Source: Octopus sinensis (taxonomy: Eukaryota). Taken from it: a DNA stretch of 64,000 bases. The notes under the pieces are model-generated. The model had not been told where the DNA came from, made no database searches, and saw only the letters and a list, made by a program, of their open reading frames with translations. A program made the translations under genes and the position numbers. Positions 36,795 through 50,082 of the stretch are shown one piece after another (positions within the stretch are counted from its first letter, which is position 1; each line of letters begins with the position of its first letter). The stretch lies in assembly GCF_006345805.1 (NCBI RefSeq), contig NW_021832855.1, positions 32,211 to 96,210 on the forward strand, given 5' to 3'.

Positions 36795-36997
36795 TTCTTT
36801 TACTTGTTTCAGTCATTTGACTGTGGCCATGCTGGAGCACCGCCTTTAGTTGAGCAAATCGACCTCAGGACTTATTCTTTGTAAGCCTGGTACTTATTCT
36901 ATCGGTCTCTTTTGCCAAACTGCTAAGTTACGGGGACGTAAACACACCAGCATTGGTTGTCAAGTGATGTTGGGGGCACAAAGACACACAAACATAT

Positions 36998-37028
<31 letters not shown>

Positions 37029-37200
37029 CATATATACGACAGGCTTCTTTCTGTTTCCATCTACCAGATCCACTTACAAGGCTTGGGTCAGCCTGAGGCT
37101 ATAGCAGAAGACACCTTGCCCAAGATGCCATGCAGCGGACTGAACCCGGAACCATGTGGTTGGTTAGCAAGCTACTTAACACACAGCACTCCTACGCCTA
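36795..37200 (-). mobile_element. Dominant SINE copy
   Basis: Reverse match, somewhat diverged. Confidence 0.85.
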
Positions 37201-37351
37201 CGTATATATATAGATATTATATATATATATATTATATATATATATATTTTATATAAAATCCATTCTCTGTGTGTGTGTGTGTGTCTTCTAGGATCTGGGG
37301 CATCCACCATCCGATTGCATCTGATAAAATATCAATGAAACAATTGTCACA

Positions 37352-37863
37352 TCTATAATATAAAACTGTAGTTGTGTGAGTGTCTGTCCCCTTCGATTTA
37401 GATTCCTAACTACTCCCACATTTTGCGGTGCAGTTTAACCAAATTCGGGTATCTTATAGTCGTGATTCATATCGAGCCCGTCTGCGTATTAGCGCGCGTC
37501 TACGATGAGTCTACGATTTAAAAAATAATTTAACATCATTTTTTATTCCATTTTAATGCATAATTTTTCGTGTCGATGGCGGCGGAGTTGGCGTCCATGG
37601 TCACACGTGGCACCTGTTTGCTTCTCACCCTTCTGCCTCCCTCGTGAAGCTGTGGGGAAGGGAGTAGTGTAAGGAAATCAACGTCATAAAGTGTTGTCAA
37701 GGAGACCAGCGTTCTTTTAGAACAACGACTTCATGGCTTGAGATACCAAAACAGAAATGGCTAAGAAAGCCCGAATTGGCATCTATAAGGGAAGTAACTC
37801 TCTAAAAATGCTTATATAGTTATTTCCCTTACAAACCCGCGCAATACCGGGCGATACTGCTAG
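37352..37863 (+). mobile_element. Non-autonomous Helitron
   Basis: A|TCTATAATATAAAACTG start; CCCGCGCAATACCGGG hairpin then CTAG|T. Confidence 0.85.
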
Positions 37864-37964
37864 TTAAGTAATAAAACAAACTACCAACTCCATTAGAACC
37901 CTACCTACTAACTGCCCACTTTATCAAGATCTTACCCACTTCAGGTAAACGGACCTATTTGATA

Positions 37965-38190
37965 TGCAGGAAGGGTCTAGGCAGGAATTTCATTCAGTGT
38001 ACCCAGTGCAAACTATTGACACACAAGAGGTGCAGTGGAACACATGGAGGTTAACAGTGACAGTAGTATTTGTGTGTGGAAGATGCACATGAGCCATAAA
38101 ATCAATAGATGTACAGGAAATTGAATTAGCAGAGGCTGTAGGTAATTTCTGTTACCTAGGTGACGTAATTGCCAGCAGAACAGGATATCC
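37965..38190 (+). mobile_element. RTE-type LINE fragment
   Basis: Decayed IQCTQCKL.THKRCSG, FVCGRC and EAVGNFCYLGDVI motifs. Confidence 0.65.
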
Positions 38191-38199
38191 TGAAGGTAT

Positions 38200-38513
38200 C
38201 TCTTTCTCTTTCTCTTTTACTTGTTTCAGTCATTTGACTGCGGCCATACTGGAGCACCGCCTTCAGTCGAGCAAATCGACCCCAGGACTTATTCTTTGAA
38301 AGCCTAGTACTTATTCTATCAGTCTCTTTTGCCGAACCGTTAAGATACAGGAATGTAAACACACCAGCATCGGTTGTCAAGCGATGTTGGGGGAACAAAT
38401 GCAGACCCAAGGCTATAGTAGAAGACACTTGCCCAAGGTGCCATGCAGTGGGATTGAACCCGGAACCATGTGGTTGGTAAGCAAGCTACTTACTACACAG
38501 TCACTTCTGCACC
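38200..38513 (-). mobile_element. Dominant SINE copy lacking the central microsatellite segment
   Basis: gcgatgttgggggaacaaat joins directly to ggctatagtagaagacac. Confidence 0.8.
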
Positions 38514-38599
38514 TATAGTTGCTAGAATTTGAAGAGGATGGAGAAAATTCAGAGCATTTACCTCTGTTGGCAACCAAACGTCTCTCTCCTCCTCTCTCT

Positions 38600-38656
<57 letters not shown>

Positions 38657-38761
38657 TCAGTCACTCACTTTCTGAGTGAAACGAAGATTGTATGATGCTT
38701 GTGTATGAATTACATTACTACATGGTAGGTAGGTGCGGACCCTAAATGTAGAGGGCATTCA

Positions 38762-39375
38762 TTTGTTCCTTCTCAAGCCATGCTTGGCTCATAAGGGCCG
38801 GTTTCCCGGTTTCCTTGACGTATAGGTTCCCCACCTGGACGGGACAGCAGTCCGTCGCAGGTGAGCTGCAAGATGCAGGAGGAGAGAGTGAGAGAAAGTT
38901 GTGGCGAAAGAGTCAGCAGAAGTTCGCCATTATCTTCTGCTGGAGCCGTGTGGAGCTTAGGTGTTTCGCTCATAAACACACACATCGCCTGGTCTGAGAT
39001 TCGAACCCGCAATCCCTTGATCGCAAGTCTTCTGCTCTAGCCACTAGGCCATGTGCCTCCACACATACACACACACACACATATATTGTTGTTGTTGTTT
39101 GTTCCTTCTCAAGCCATACTTGGCTCATGAGGGCCGGTTTCTTTGGCGTGTAGGTTCCCCAGGACGCCGGGCCGTCGCAGGTGAGCTGCAAGAGGAAAGA
39201 GTGAGAGAAAGTTGTGGCGAAAGAGTCAGCAGAAGTTCACCATTACCTTCTGCCGGAGCCGTGTGGAGCTTAGGTGTTTCTCTCATAAACACACACATCG
39301 CCCAGTCTGGGATTCAAACCCGCGATCCCTTGACCACGAGTCTGCTGCTCTAACCACTAGGCCATGTGCCTCCAC
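38762..39375 (-). mobile_element. Two tandem copies of the GTGGAGGCACAT SINE (38762-39062, 39086-39375)
   Basis: Both align to 21553-21837 and have intact tRNA-like heads (GGTTCGAATC, GGTTTGAATCC). Confidence 0.88.
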
Positions 39376-39377
39376 TA

Positions 39378-39725
39378 ATGTAGAGGACATGCAAACACTA
39401 GAGATGAATGCAGCTAGTGTGCTCTGTTGGATATGCAATGTTAGTGTGCACCAACGACAGAGTGCATTGAGAGAAAAGTTAGGCATAAGAAGGAGTAGAT
39501 GCTGTGTGGAGGAGAGACAAGTGTGCTGGTTTGGTCATGTGATGTGGATGGATGGAGACAGTGGCAAAAAAAAAAGGTGCCGATCATTTAAAGTGGAAGG
39601 AACTTGTGGAAGAGGGAAACCCAGAAAGACATGGAATGAAGCATTGAGGGCTCATCTCAAGATGCTGAGCCTTAAGAAGATGACAAGGGTCTGAGATATC
39701 TGGCACCTTGCTGTGCTTGAGAAAA
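39378..39725 (+). mobile_element. RTE-type LINE C-terminal fragment
   Basis: ORF 39212-39694 contains CWFGHVMWMD...KVEGTCGRGKPRKTWNE, the RTE LRWxGHVxRM...GxRxRGRPxKTW signature. Confidence 0.8.
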
Positions 39726-41059
39726 CCCACCCACTACAACAGAATTGGTGTCCTAAAACCACCCTAAAAAATGCTTCTATATGCAAAAATCTGCTCCACC
39801 TCCATTCTCAGTATAACCCCCCCCCCCGCAAGCTACCCCCACATCTCACCCCCTAACACTCATCACTTTTTTATCTCTGGTATCATTCAACTACCATAAT
39901 CACCTGAGAACAGAATAGCCACATACTATGCACTCACATTCCATTTCATGCTGACCCCTTTCATCCCCCCCCAGAACCACCTCCATTCCTCCTTATCTTC
40001 CCCTAGCCATACTCTCTCTCTCCTCTCTGCTAGACTCTATAGATCCATACACCTCTTTCATCCCCTACCACTCCCAATACCTTCACATGACCCCTTATCA
40101 TAACCCCACCACCTTCCTCCTGGGCCACTCCTATACCGCTCGCCTTCATTTACTACAGTTCCCTTTATCCCATCATCTCATCTCCCTTCACATTATGAAA
40201 ATCCTCCCCACCCACCCCCGTTTCCCTTGCCCACTCACCCACTCCAATCCTCTGTATTACTCCACCTACAATCACCCCACCCAACCCCACTCTACCCTGA
40301 AGACATGTCCTGGCACATATCCACCACCACCTCCCTCACCCTCTCCCTCTCAATGTTCCTTTCTAAGTCTCACATTCTCCCCCACCCCCACCCAACTGGA
40401 ATATCCTTGTAACTCTTCTACCTTTGTCCTTTTATTATTCTTTTAACATTCCATCAACTGGTACAATGCCCCCCTCTATCCCGGCTCCCCTCACATTATG
40501 AAGAATTTCCCTTTTCCTTGCCCACTTACTCAGTCCAATCCTCTCTATCACTTCACCCACGTCCACCTTCCACTGCACCTCAGTTACGCACTGGGGTCGA
40601 TGTAATCGACTTAATACCTATGTCTGTCCTTGTTTGTCCCCTCTGTGTTTAGCCCCTTGTGGGTAATAAAGAAATAGGTATGTTCTGGCATAGATCCACC
40701 ACCATCTCTTTCACTCTCTCCCTCTCAATATTTCTCTCCAAGTTAAACACTTCTTCTCCCCTCTTTACCAACTGGAATATCCTTGTCTCTCTTCTACAGC
40801 CAGACACCTATCTCAAAACTTCTAATCATCATCATCATCGTTTAACATCTGCTTTCCATACTGGCAATGGGTTGGACGGTTTGACTAGGGACTGGCAAAC
40901 CAGATGGCTGCACCAGGCTCCAATCTAATTTGGCAGAGTTTTTACAGCTGGATGCCCTTCCTAATGCCAACCACTCTGAGAGTGTAGCGGGTGCTTTTAC
41001 GTGCCACTGGCACAAGGGCCAGTCAGGCAGTATTGGCAACAGCATGTTTTTACATGTCA

Positions 41060-42150
41060 CCTGTTCTTTGTAAGCCTGATATCTATTCTATTGTTTTCTT
41101 TTGCTGAACTGCTAAGTTACAGGTACATAAATACACCAACATCAGTTGTCAAGCGATAGCAGGAGGACAAACACACAAATATATACATCATATATACGAT
41201 GGGCTTCTTTCAGTTTCCACCTACCAAATCCACTCACAAGGCTTTGGTCAGCCCAAGGCTATAGTGAAGACACTTGCCCAAGGTACCACGCAGTGGGACT
41301 GAACCCGGAACCATGTGGTTGGTAAGCAAACTTCTTACCACACAGCCACTCCTGTGCCTATATATATACATATTCTTTTATTCTTTTATTTGTTTCAGTC
41401 ATTTGGTTGCGGCCACACTAGAGCACCGTCTTTAGTCGAACAAATCAACCGCAGGACTTATTCTTTGTAAGCCTAGTTCTTATTCCATTCGTCACTTTTG
41501 CTGAACCGCTACAGGGATGTAAACACACCAACATCACAAACATATACACACACATACATACATACATATACATATATACGATGGGCTTCTTTCAGTTTCC
41601 GTCTACCAAATCCATTCACAAAACTTAGGTCGGCACAAGGCCATAGTAGAAGACACTTCCCCAAGTTGCCTCATAGTGGGTCTGAACCCGGAACCATGTG
41701 GTTGGTAAGCAAGTTACTTACCACACAGCCACACCTGCGCTTCCTTGACAATTGATGTTGGTCTGTTTATGTCCCTGTAACTTAGCGGTTCAGCAAAAGA
41801 AAACGATAGAAGAAAGATTTCATTCAGCCTAAAAGTCTTGGCCATGCTGGAGTATCACCACATATATGTATGTGTATATATATATACACACACACATGTA
41901 TGTGTGTGTGTATATATATATATATATATCTTTACTCTTTTACTTGTTTCAGTCATTTGACTGCGGCCATGCTGGAGCACCGCCTTAAAATTGAGCAACT
42001 TGACCCCGGGACTTATTCTTTTGTAAGCCCAGTACTTATTCTATCAGTCTCTTTTGCCGAACCGCTAAGTAACGGGGACATAAACACACCAGCATCGGTT
42101 GTCAAGCAATGCTAGGGGAACAAACACAGACACACAAACACACACACGCA
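41060..42150 (-). mobile_element. Cluster of three to four dominant-SINE copies or fragments
   Basis: Matches at about 41060-41360, 41370-41740 and 41930-42150 (minus) plus a short plus-strand piece at about 41745-41815. Confidence 0.8.
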
Positions 42151-42555
42151 TATCATCATCATGATCATTTAGCGTCCGCTTTCCATGCTAGCATGGGCTA
42201 GACGGTTTGACCAGGGATCTGGGAAGCCAGAAGGCTGCACCAGGCTCCAGTCTGATCTGGCAGTGTTTCTACAGCTGGATGCCCTTCCTAATGCCAACTA
42301 CTCCGAGAGTGTAGTGGGTGCTTTTTACGTGCCAGGCAAAGCTGGCAACGGCCACGATTGGTTGGTGCTTTTTACGTGCCACCGGCACAGAAGCCAGTCA
42401 AGGCGGCGCTGGCATCGGCCACGTTCGGATGGTGCTTTTTACGTGCCACCAGATATATATATATATGCATATGAACCAAAAAAATTACACACACACACAC
42501 ATGTACAAAGACAAATTCTTTCTACAACATTTGTCAGAACAACCTTCAGGAACAT

Positions 42556-42586
<31 letters not shown>

Positions 42587-42884
42587 CAAACACACACACA
42601 CAAACACATACATCAGATGTTTGATGGAATTGCTGACAGCAAGTATGTCAGAGAACACAGGCACAGAAAGTGATGGGGAGGAGGAGGTAGGTGGGGGTGT
42701 TACAGGTATATGAGAAGACAAATACAGGAGAGTGACGGGGGGGGATGGTGGAGGGAAGAATTAGGTCAAGAGATAGGCAGGAGGGAGTTAAAGACAATGG
42801 TTAGATTTCTGTTACATAGTCGGCTTTAGTTACAGAGAAAAATTTTTTAAATATGAAAGATGAATTCAGGTTAGCTTTTTGTTT

Positions 42885-43585
42885 GTGTGTGTGTGTGTGT
42901 GAGCACCTGTGTGTGTGTGAGCACCTGTGTGTTCTGTGAGCACCTGTGTGTGTGTGAGCACCTGTGTGTGTGTGAGCACCTGTGTGTCTGTGAGCACCTG
43001 TGTGTGTCTGTGAGCACCTGTGTGTGTGTGAGCACCTGTGTGTGTCTGTGAGCACCTGTGTGTGTGTGAGCACCTGTGTGTGTGTGAGCACCTGTGTGTC
43101 TGTGAGCACCTGTGTGTGTCTGTGAGCACCTGTGTGTGTGTGAGCACCTGTGTGTGTCTGTGAGCACCTGTGTGTGTGTGAGCACCTGTGTGTGTATGTG
43201 ACAACTGTGTGTGTGTGAGCACTGTGTGTGTGTGAGCACCTGTGTGTCTGTGAGCACCTGTGTGTGTCTGTGAGCACCTGTGTGTGTGTGAGCACCTGTG
43301 TGTGTCTGTGAGCACCTGTGTGTGTGTGAGCACCTGTGTGTGTATGTGAGCACCTGTGTGTGCGTGAGCACCTGTGTGTGTGTGAGCACCTGTGTGTGTG
43401 TGAGCACCTGTGTGTGTATGTGAGCACCTGTGTGTGCGTGAGCACCTGTGTGTGTGTGAGCACCTGTGCGTGTGTGAGCACCTGTGTGTCTGTGAGCACC
43501 TGTGTGTCTGTGAGCACCTGTGGTGTCTGTGAGCACCTGTGTGTGTGTGAGCACCTGTGTATGTGTGAGCACTTGTGTGTGCATG
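42885..43585. repeat. Minisatellite GAGCACCTG(TG)n, 18-20 bp units, about 35 copies
   Basis: Directly visible; explains the spurious HTQVLT/HRCS ORFs. Confidence 0.95.
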
Positions 43586-43748
43586 TGTGCACGTGCATGC
43601 ATGCTTCTCAACAACATGATTCCAGATTCAATTCCAGTGCATGGAATTTGTGAGTGGATTTCATAGATGGAAACTGAAGGAAACCTATCATGTATGTGTG
43701 TGTGTATACATATACAAGGCAAATAAAAAAAAACAACAAAAGATACAC

Positions 43749-43803
<55 letters not shown>

Positions 43804-44516
43804 ACAGTGTCACATAATAGCAGCCAACCCACTCTGTATAATGGCTGGCATTACGAAGGACATCCAAGCCTTAGAAACTATGCCAAATCAGACTGGAGTC
43901 TGGTGTAGCTCCCAGCTTGCCAGCTCTGACCAAACCGTTGAACCCATGCCAGCATGGACAGCAGACATTAAATGATGATATCCTTCAAACCATATATACT
44001 CTGCTGCTTGAAACAGCAGAGATATATCAGCCAGCCTAGATGTTCCTGATACAAAAACAATCAGACTGTCATGGTTGGAACGTCTATGAACATACATCAG
44101 TTTGATCAGAAGCTGACCAAGAGATGTAACAACAGCACCAGCGACGACAAAAGAAGCCAGAAAATTAACGAATGGATCAACTGTCTGACGAGGAAATCAA
44201 TCTTAATAACAAACGAATCCAAAATTTAATGTTTGCCTGTTGGAAGCGAATTGAAAATATGATATTGATTCTCTCTCAAATTACCAAATTTGCTCATTCG
44301 TCGTAATTGCTATCAGACATTTGAGAACGCTGACCAGAATAATGTGGATATCGGAAACAGACAAAGAAAACAAAAAAAACAAAGGAACAAAAAGAAAGAA
44401 AAATTGACGACAAAGAAAAAATTGTTCTGATTTCCCGCCTCCGCCTCCTTCCTCAGCCACCGAAATATATTTTTTTTTAACATTCTACCCCGCCTCCCCT
44501 GCTCTAAAAAAAATGC

Positions 44517-44724
44517 TATACTCTCTTTATTCTCTTTTACTTGTTTCAGTCATTTGACTGCGGCCATGCTGGAGCACCGCCTTTTAGTCGAGCAAATCGA
44601 CCCCGGGACTTATTCTATTCTTTGTAAGCCCAGTACTTATTCTATAGGTCTCTTTTGCCGAACCGCTAAGTGACGGGGACGTAAACACACCAGCATCGGT
44701 TGTCAAGCAATGCTAGGGGGACAA

Positions 44725-44755
<31 letters not shown>

Positions 44756-44924
44756 CACATATACGACAGGCTTCTTTCAGTTTCCGTCTACCAAATCCAC
44801 TCACAAGGCATTGGTCGGCCCAAGGCTATAGTAGAAGACACTTGCCCAAGATGCCACGCAGTGGGACTGAACCTGGAACCATGTGGTTGGTAAGCAAGCT
44901 ACTTACCACACAGCCACTCCTGCA

Positions 44925-44926
<2 letters not shown>
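44517..44926 (-). mobile_element. Dominant SINE copy
   Basis: Full-length reverse match. Confidence 0.9.
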
Positions 44927-44964
<38 letters not shown>

Positions 44965-45045
44965 AACATCCTCCCCCTCCCCTGCTCTAAAAAAATACTA
45001 TAAGACAATATTTTCTAAATTATAAGCACAAACATAGCTGTGTGC

Positions 45046-46753
45046 TTAACCCTTCCACATTCAGATTATTACTCTGTCAAATGTATTGCTTATTTATTCA
45101 CATTGGAATTTATTATGCGTTACAATTAGCGGATCTTTTCCTTTTGAACGGCAGATGTCAACCCAATTTCTAGTTAACTAAACACTTTAAAACTTCGTAT
45201 ACTGGTAGAATGTGTCAAAAGAAAACATTTTTTTCTCTTGGCTTTTTTGAGAAAATTGTAATTTGTAAGTTTAACGTAGTTTAATTTTTCGAATTTTAAC
45301 CAATCCTAAGGCATCTATTGAGCTAAAATCATTTGCTGCATCTAAAACTGAGACAACATCCAGTCACTAACCCTAACCCTAACCCTACATTAACCCTAAC
45401 CCTAAATTTTAGCCTTTCGTTTTTTTTCTTAATTGTTAAATTAATTTAATTGTTACGCGTGTGTCTAAAATTATTCGTTTTGTTTTTGTTTTGAGATACA
45501 CGTGTATTGTTTAAACTATTTTCCATTGCTTAAGAAAAAAAAAAACGAAAGGCTAAAACGAAAGCAATGGAAAATAATTTAAACAATTAACAAACAAAAT
45601 ACTTCTATAATTTTATACACACGCTTTCCGAACGTAAACATAACAGCAACAGGATGTTGTCTCAGTTTTAGACGCAGCAAATGATTTTAGCTCAAAAGAG
45701 AGCATAGGATTGGTTAAAATTCGAAAAATTAAACTACGTTAAACAAACAAATTACAATTTTCTCAAGAAAGCCAAGAGAAAAAATGTTTTATTTTGACAC
45801 ATTCTACCAGTATACGAAGTTTAAAAGTGTTTAGTTAACTAGAAATTGTCTACCGTTCAAAAGGAAAAGATCCCAATTAGCTTTGACATTTCAATGATAT
45901 GATTGTATATTTAAAGAATGACATTGTAGGGTAGGTGTGAAAAGCAAGATCTGGCCAGTTTGAACATAAAACAGGAACTATATTTGGGTCAGATATGGCT
46001 GTTTGAACAGTTAACATTTAGACTACCCTGACAAATGTAATCCTTATTTATTCTGTTGTTACCTTCAAGATTTCAATGATGTGATTATTTATTTATAGAA
46101 TGACATTGTACGGGACATGTGGGAAGCAAGATGTGGCCAGTTTGGGCATAAAATTTGCAGAATATTTGGACTTGGTAGGGCTGGCTTAACCCTTTAGTAT
46201 TCACATAACTCTCTCAAATATAATGCTTTTTTTTAATTCACATTGCTTTGAATTAATCATGTATAGATTCCTGTCTGATTCTGGCTTGGTTTCTACGGCT
46301 GGGTGCCCTTCCTAACACCAACAGCTCCAAACAGTGTAGTGGGTGCTTTTAACGTGTCACCATCATGGGTGCCTTTTACATATCACTGGCACAGGTGCCT
46401 TTTACTTGTCACCAGCATGGGTGCCCATTACGTGCCATTGGCACAGGTGCCTTTTACATACCGCTGGCATGGACGCCTCTTGTGTGCCACTGGCGAGGTT
46501 GCTTTTGACCTGTCACTGGCATGGGTGCCTTTTATGGGTCAGTGGCACAAGTGCCTTTTATATGTAACTGGCATGGATGTGTCTCATGTGTCACTGGCAC
46601 GAGTACCTTTTGCATGTCCCCAGCACCAGTCAAACACCAGTGTGTGCATATGTTTTTAGAATGACATTGTAGGAGAGGTGTAAGAGGTTGGATATGGTCA
46701 GCTTGAACATAAAACAGAATATTAGGGTTGGATATGGCCAGATTAAATGTTAA
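45046..46753 (+). mobile_element. Cluster of about three copies of a second TTAA-CCCTT MITE family, interrupted by nested insertions
   Basis: TTAACCCTT starts at 45046 and 46186; repeated internal agaatgacattgtag...gatctggccagtttgaacataaaacag (about 45915, 46096, 46657). A partial minus-strand copy lies at about 19340-19455. Confidence 0.65.
45131..45873. mobile_element. Non-autonomous long-TIR (fold-back) DNA transposon with 8-bp TSD and internal (CCCTAA)n
   Basis: TIRs of about 225 bp beginning GGATCTTTTCCTTTTGAACGG; TSD CAATTAGC at 45123-45130 and 45874-45881; telomere-like ccctaa run about 45367-45403. Confidence 0.88.
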
Positions 46754-47457
46754 TCCTTTCCTTACCAACCCGGCTGAAACTACTTCTGTTTCTTAGTACA
46801 AATGTCTTGTTTCCATAAGTTCTGAATTAAAATCTTCCACCAAACCTTAGTCACAATTTATGTTCCTAACACTAGCTTAATGATAACTAAGTTATTTTAC
46901 TAAATTCTTTGTTATATTTAAAATTAATTGAAAGAAACACAGAGCATCTCAACAGAAATATGGTAACAAAAGGGTTAAAATATATAATAGAGAAACAATT
47001 CTTAACCCTTTTGATACCAACCCGGCTGAAACCGGTTCTGGCTCTGTAGTACAAGTGTCTTGTTTTCATAAGTTCTGAATTAAAATCTTCCACCAAACCT
47101 TAGTCACAATTTATGTTCCTAACACTAGCTTAATGATAACTAAGTTATTTTGCTAAATTCTTTGTTATATTTAAAATTAATTGAAAAAAACACAGAGCAT
47201 CTCAGCAGAAATATGGCAACAAAAGGGTTAAAATATATAATAGAGAAACAATTCTTAACCCTTTTGATACCAACCCGGCTGAAACCGCCTCTAGCTCTGA
47301 GTACAAATGTCTTATTTTCATAAGTTCTGAATTAAAATCTTCCACCAAACCTTAGTCATAATTTATGTTCCTAACACCAGCTGAATGATAATGAAGTTAT
47401 TTTACTAAATTTTTAGTTAATTTAAAATAATTGAAAGAAACACAGAGCATTTCAAAA
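46750..47457 (+). mobile_element. Three tandem piggyBac-like MITEs (46754-46974, 47006-47227, 47259 to about 47457 truncated)
   Basis: TTAA flanks; TIRs CCCTTTTGATACCA / TGGTAACAAAAGGG; identical 23-bp spacer aatatataatagagaaacaattc between copies; period 252-253 bp. Confidence 0.85.
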
Positions 47458-47954
47458 TGTTAATGGATGGTATTAGATGGATAATGAAAGCTGTTAAGTG
47501 GTTAAGGACCCTGAGGGAAGATGGTTGATTGTGCAACAGCTTGCGACAACCAGCTCAGTTCCTTTGTGAGCATTTGTGTGTATGTGTGTGTGTGTAAGCA
47601 TGTGTGCTTGTGTTTTGCTTTTGTATCCATGACACAGAACATTAATTCTCACAGCTTTTCATGCAAAATTAAATAACATGATAAAAACATACAAGGAACA
47701 AAAATAGACTCGGCTCAGCTTGGCTCACTTCGTAACATATTGTGTAAAAAAAGTTTCGTCATAGTACCTCAACGACTTTGTGAATAAACCCTCACACCAT
47801 CACCCACTCGTTGCTCCCACTCCCGTAGCCTTGGACAAAAAGACAAAGGTAAAAAGACAGTAAAGGATGGTGGTGGTGGTGGTGGTGGCAGTATTGACAA
47901 CTCACGTGGTGTTTTATTTGTGATCTATCTTTCAATCTATCTATATTTATGTAT

Positions 47955-48362
47955 ACTCTTTTACTCTTTTACTTGTTTCAGTCATTTGACTGCGGCCATG
48001 CTGGAGCACCGCCTTTGGTCGAGCAAATCGACCCCGGGACTTATTCTTTGTAAGCCCAGTACTTTTTCTATCGGTCTCTTTTTGCCAAACCGCTAAGTGA
48101 CGGGGACGTAAACACACCAGCATCGGTTGTCAAGCAATGCTAGGGGGACAAACACAGACACACAAACATATACACATACATACATATATATATATACATA
48201 TATACGACAGGCTTCCTTCAGTTTCCGTCTACCAAATCCACTCACAAGGCATTGGTCGGCCCGGGGCTATAGCAGAAGACACTTGCCCAAGATCCCACGC
48301 AGTGGGACTGAACCTGGAACCATGCGATTGGTTAGCAAGCCACCTACAACACAGCCACTCCT
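47955..48362 (-). mobile_element. Dominant SINE copy
   Basis: Full-length reverse match. Confidence 0.9.
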
Positions 48363-48371
48363 TTGTATATT

Positions 48372-48615
48372 AATTAAATTAGAGATAAAACCACAATTAG
48401 GCAAATCAAACAGTGAAAAAACATAAACCAAAACCTAGAAATAAAATTAATTAATATAATATACAAAATATACAAAATATATAATTCAAATTTAAATTTT
48501 GAATTTTATATTTTATATATTTTGTATATTTTATTAATTATTTTTATTTCTATGTTTTGGTTTATGTTTTTCCCTGTTTGATTTGCCTAATTGTGGTTTT
48601 ATCTCTAATTTAATT
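48372..48615. repeat. About 244-bp AT-rich palindrome
   Basis: aattaaattagagataaaaccacaattaggcaaatcaaacag... mirrored at 48615; a non-palindromic relative lies at about 29628-29765. Confidence 0.85.
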
Positions 48616-48689
48616 TATATTTATACTGTAAAATTAGATTTAATCCTAAATCTAATTTTTCCCTATAAGTTTGGATTTACTCCCTAATA

Positions 48690-49004
48690 TTATTATTATG
48701 TTTGTATATATCTAACTATCACTCTATCTATCTAGTTATATCTATGTATCTATATATCTATCAATATCTATGTCTATCTCTTAATCTAACTATATCTACA
48801 CGTCTGTCTATCTATCTACCTATCTATCTACCTATCTATCTATCTCTCTCTCCATCTATCTATCTATCTCTCCATCTATTTATCTATCTCTCTATTTATT
48901 TATCTGTCTCTCTATCTTTTTTTTTTTTTAAACCTTCAAAAGAAAAGCTCTACCTTGTAATTTGTTCTATCTGTGTGCAGCCCTGTGTGGCTAATAAAGA
49001 AACA

Positions 49005-49095
<91 letters not shown>

Positions 49096-49700
49096 ATCTA
49101 TCTATCTATCTTTTTTTCTTTTCCTTTTTTCTTTCTTTATTTTTTCTTTTTTCCCTTTTACGATCCCTTTTGATCGAAAACCTACGCCACCTTTTTTTTT
49201 TCAACCCCAAAAGAAAAGCTCTACCTTGTAACTTGTCCCATCTGTGTGCAGCCCTGTGTGGCCAATAAAGAAACTTATCTATCTATCTATCTCTCCATCT
49301 ATTTATCTATCTCTCTATTTATTTATCTCTCTATTTATTTATCTGTCTCTCTATCTATCTATCTATCTATCTCTCCATCTATTTATCTATCTCTCTATTT
49401 ATTTATCTGTCTCTCTATCTATCTATCTATCTATCTATCTCTCCATCTATTTATCTATCTCTCTATTTATTTATCTGTCTCTCTATCTATCTATCTATCT
49501 ATCTCTCTTTCTCTCTATCTATCTATAAATCTAACTGCCACTTTATATTAATGTGTCTATCTCTCTATCTGTATCTACATACCTTTATTTACCTATCAAT
49601 CTATCTATACCTATCTAAATCTATCTCAATCTGTTTATCTATAGCTCTGTATCTATCTATACTATCTATCTTTGTATTTATCTATATCTAAATCTTTATC
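48690..49700 (+). repeat. (TCTA)n compound microsatellite with two Tx1-like 3-prime UTR fragments
   Basis: tctgtgtgcagccctgtgtgg(c)aataaagaaac occurs twice (about 48970 and 49241), each followed by (atct)n. Confidence 0.75.
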
Positions 49701-50082
49701 CATCTCTCTATCAATCAATCATTTTTCCTCTCACCTTTTCCAGAAATATCTGAGAGATTTAGTGCGGAAGAGTTTGTTATTCCAATCAGTATCAATAGGA
49801 GACAGCGTCCGACTGGTTATTCACCAGCCTTGCTCTCCCCAACATTCAGCTTTCATTATCCATCTAATACCATCCATTTTCTCTGCCCACTATTCCTGGA
49901 AGAGTCATGGAGGGGGGGGGGCGTACAGTCCTCAGGGACCCCTTCCTTAAGGTCATATGAGAAGCAACAGTCAAAAGCCTTTCTAGCTGGATTCTCAAAA
50001 ATGACCAGGTGAATCTATGGCTACCATCCAACAATTTCTCCTACCACTTAGCTCAGCTTGAGAATGTGGTTTGCATATAAAC

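Noticed and set aside
38990-39062. tRNA genes at SINE heads
   Set aside because: A/B boxes are present but there is no closed acceptor stem and the sequence continues into SINE bodies.
42801-43752. Long 265-293 aa ORFs with HTQVLT/HRCS repeats
   Set aside because: Produced by an 18-20 bp TG-based minisatellite that is open in several frames; no splice sites or unique domain.
44040-44420. Non-repetitive stretch that might be an exon
   Set aside because: No sustained ORF or convincing pair of splice sites found by eye.
45367-45403. Telomere or chromosome-fusion remnant
   Set aside because: The short (CCCTAA)n runs here and at about 62313-62352 are internal to a TIR element family.
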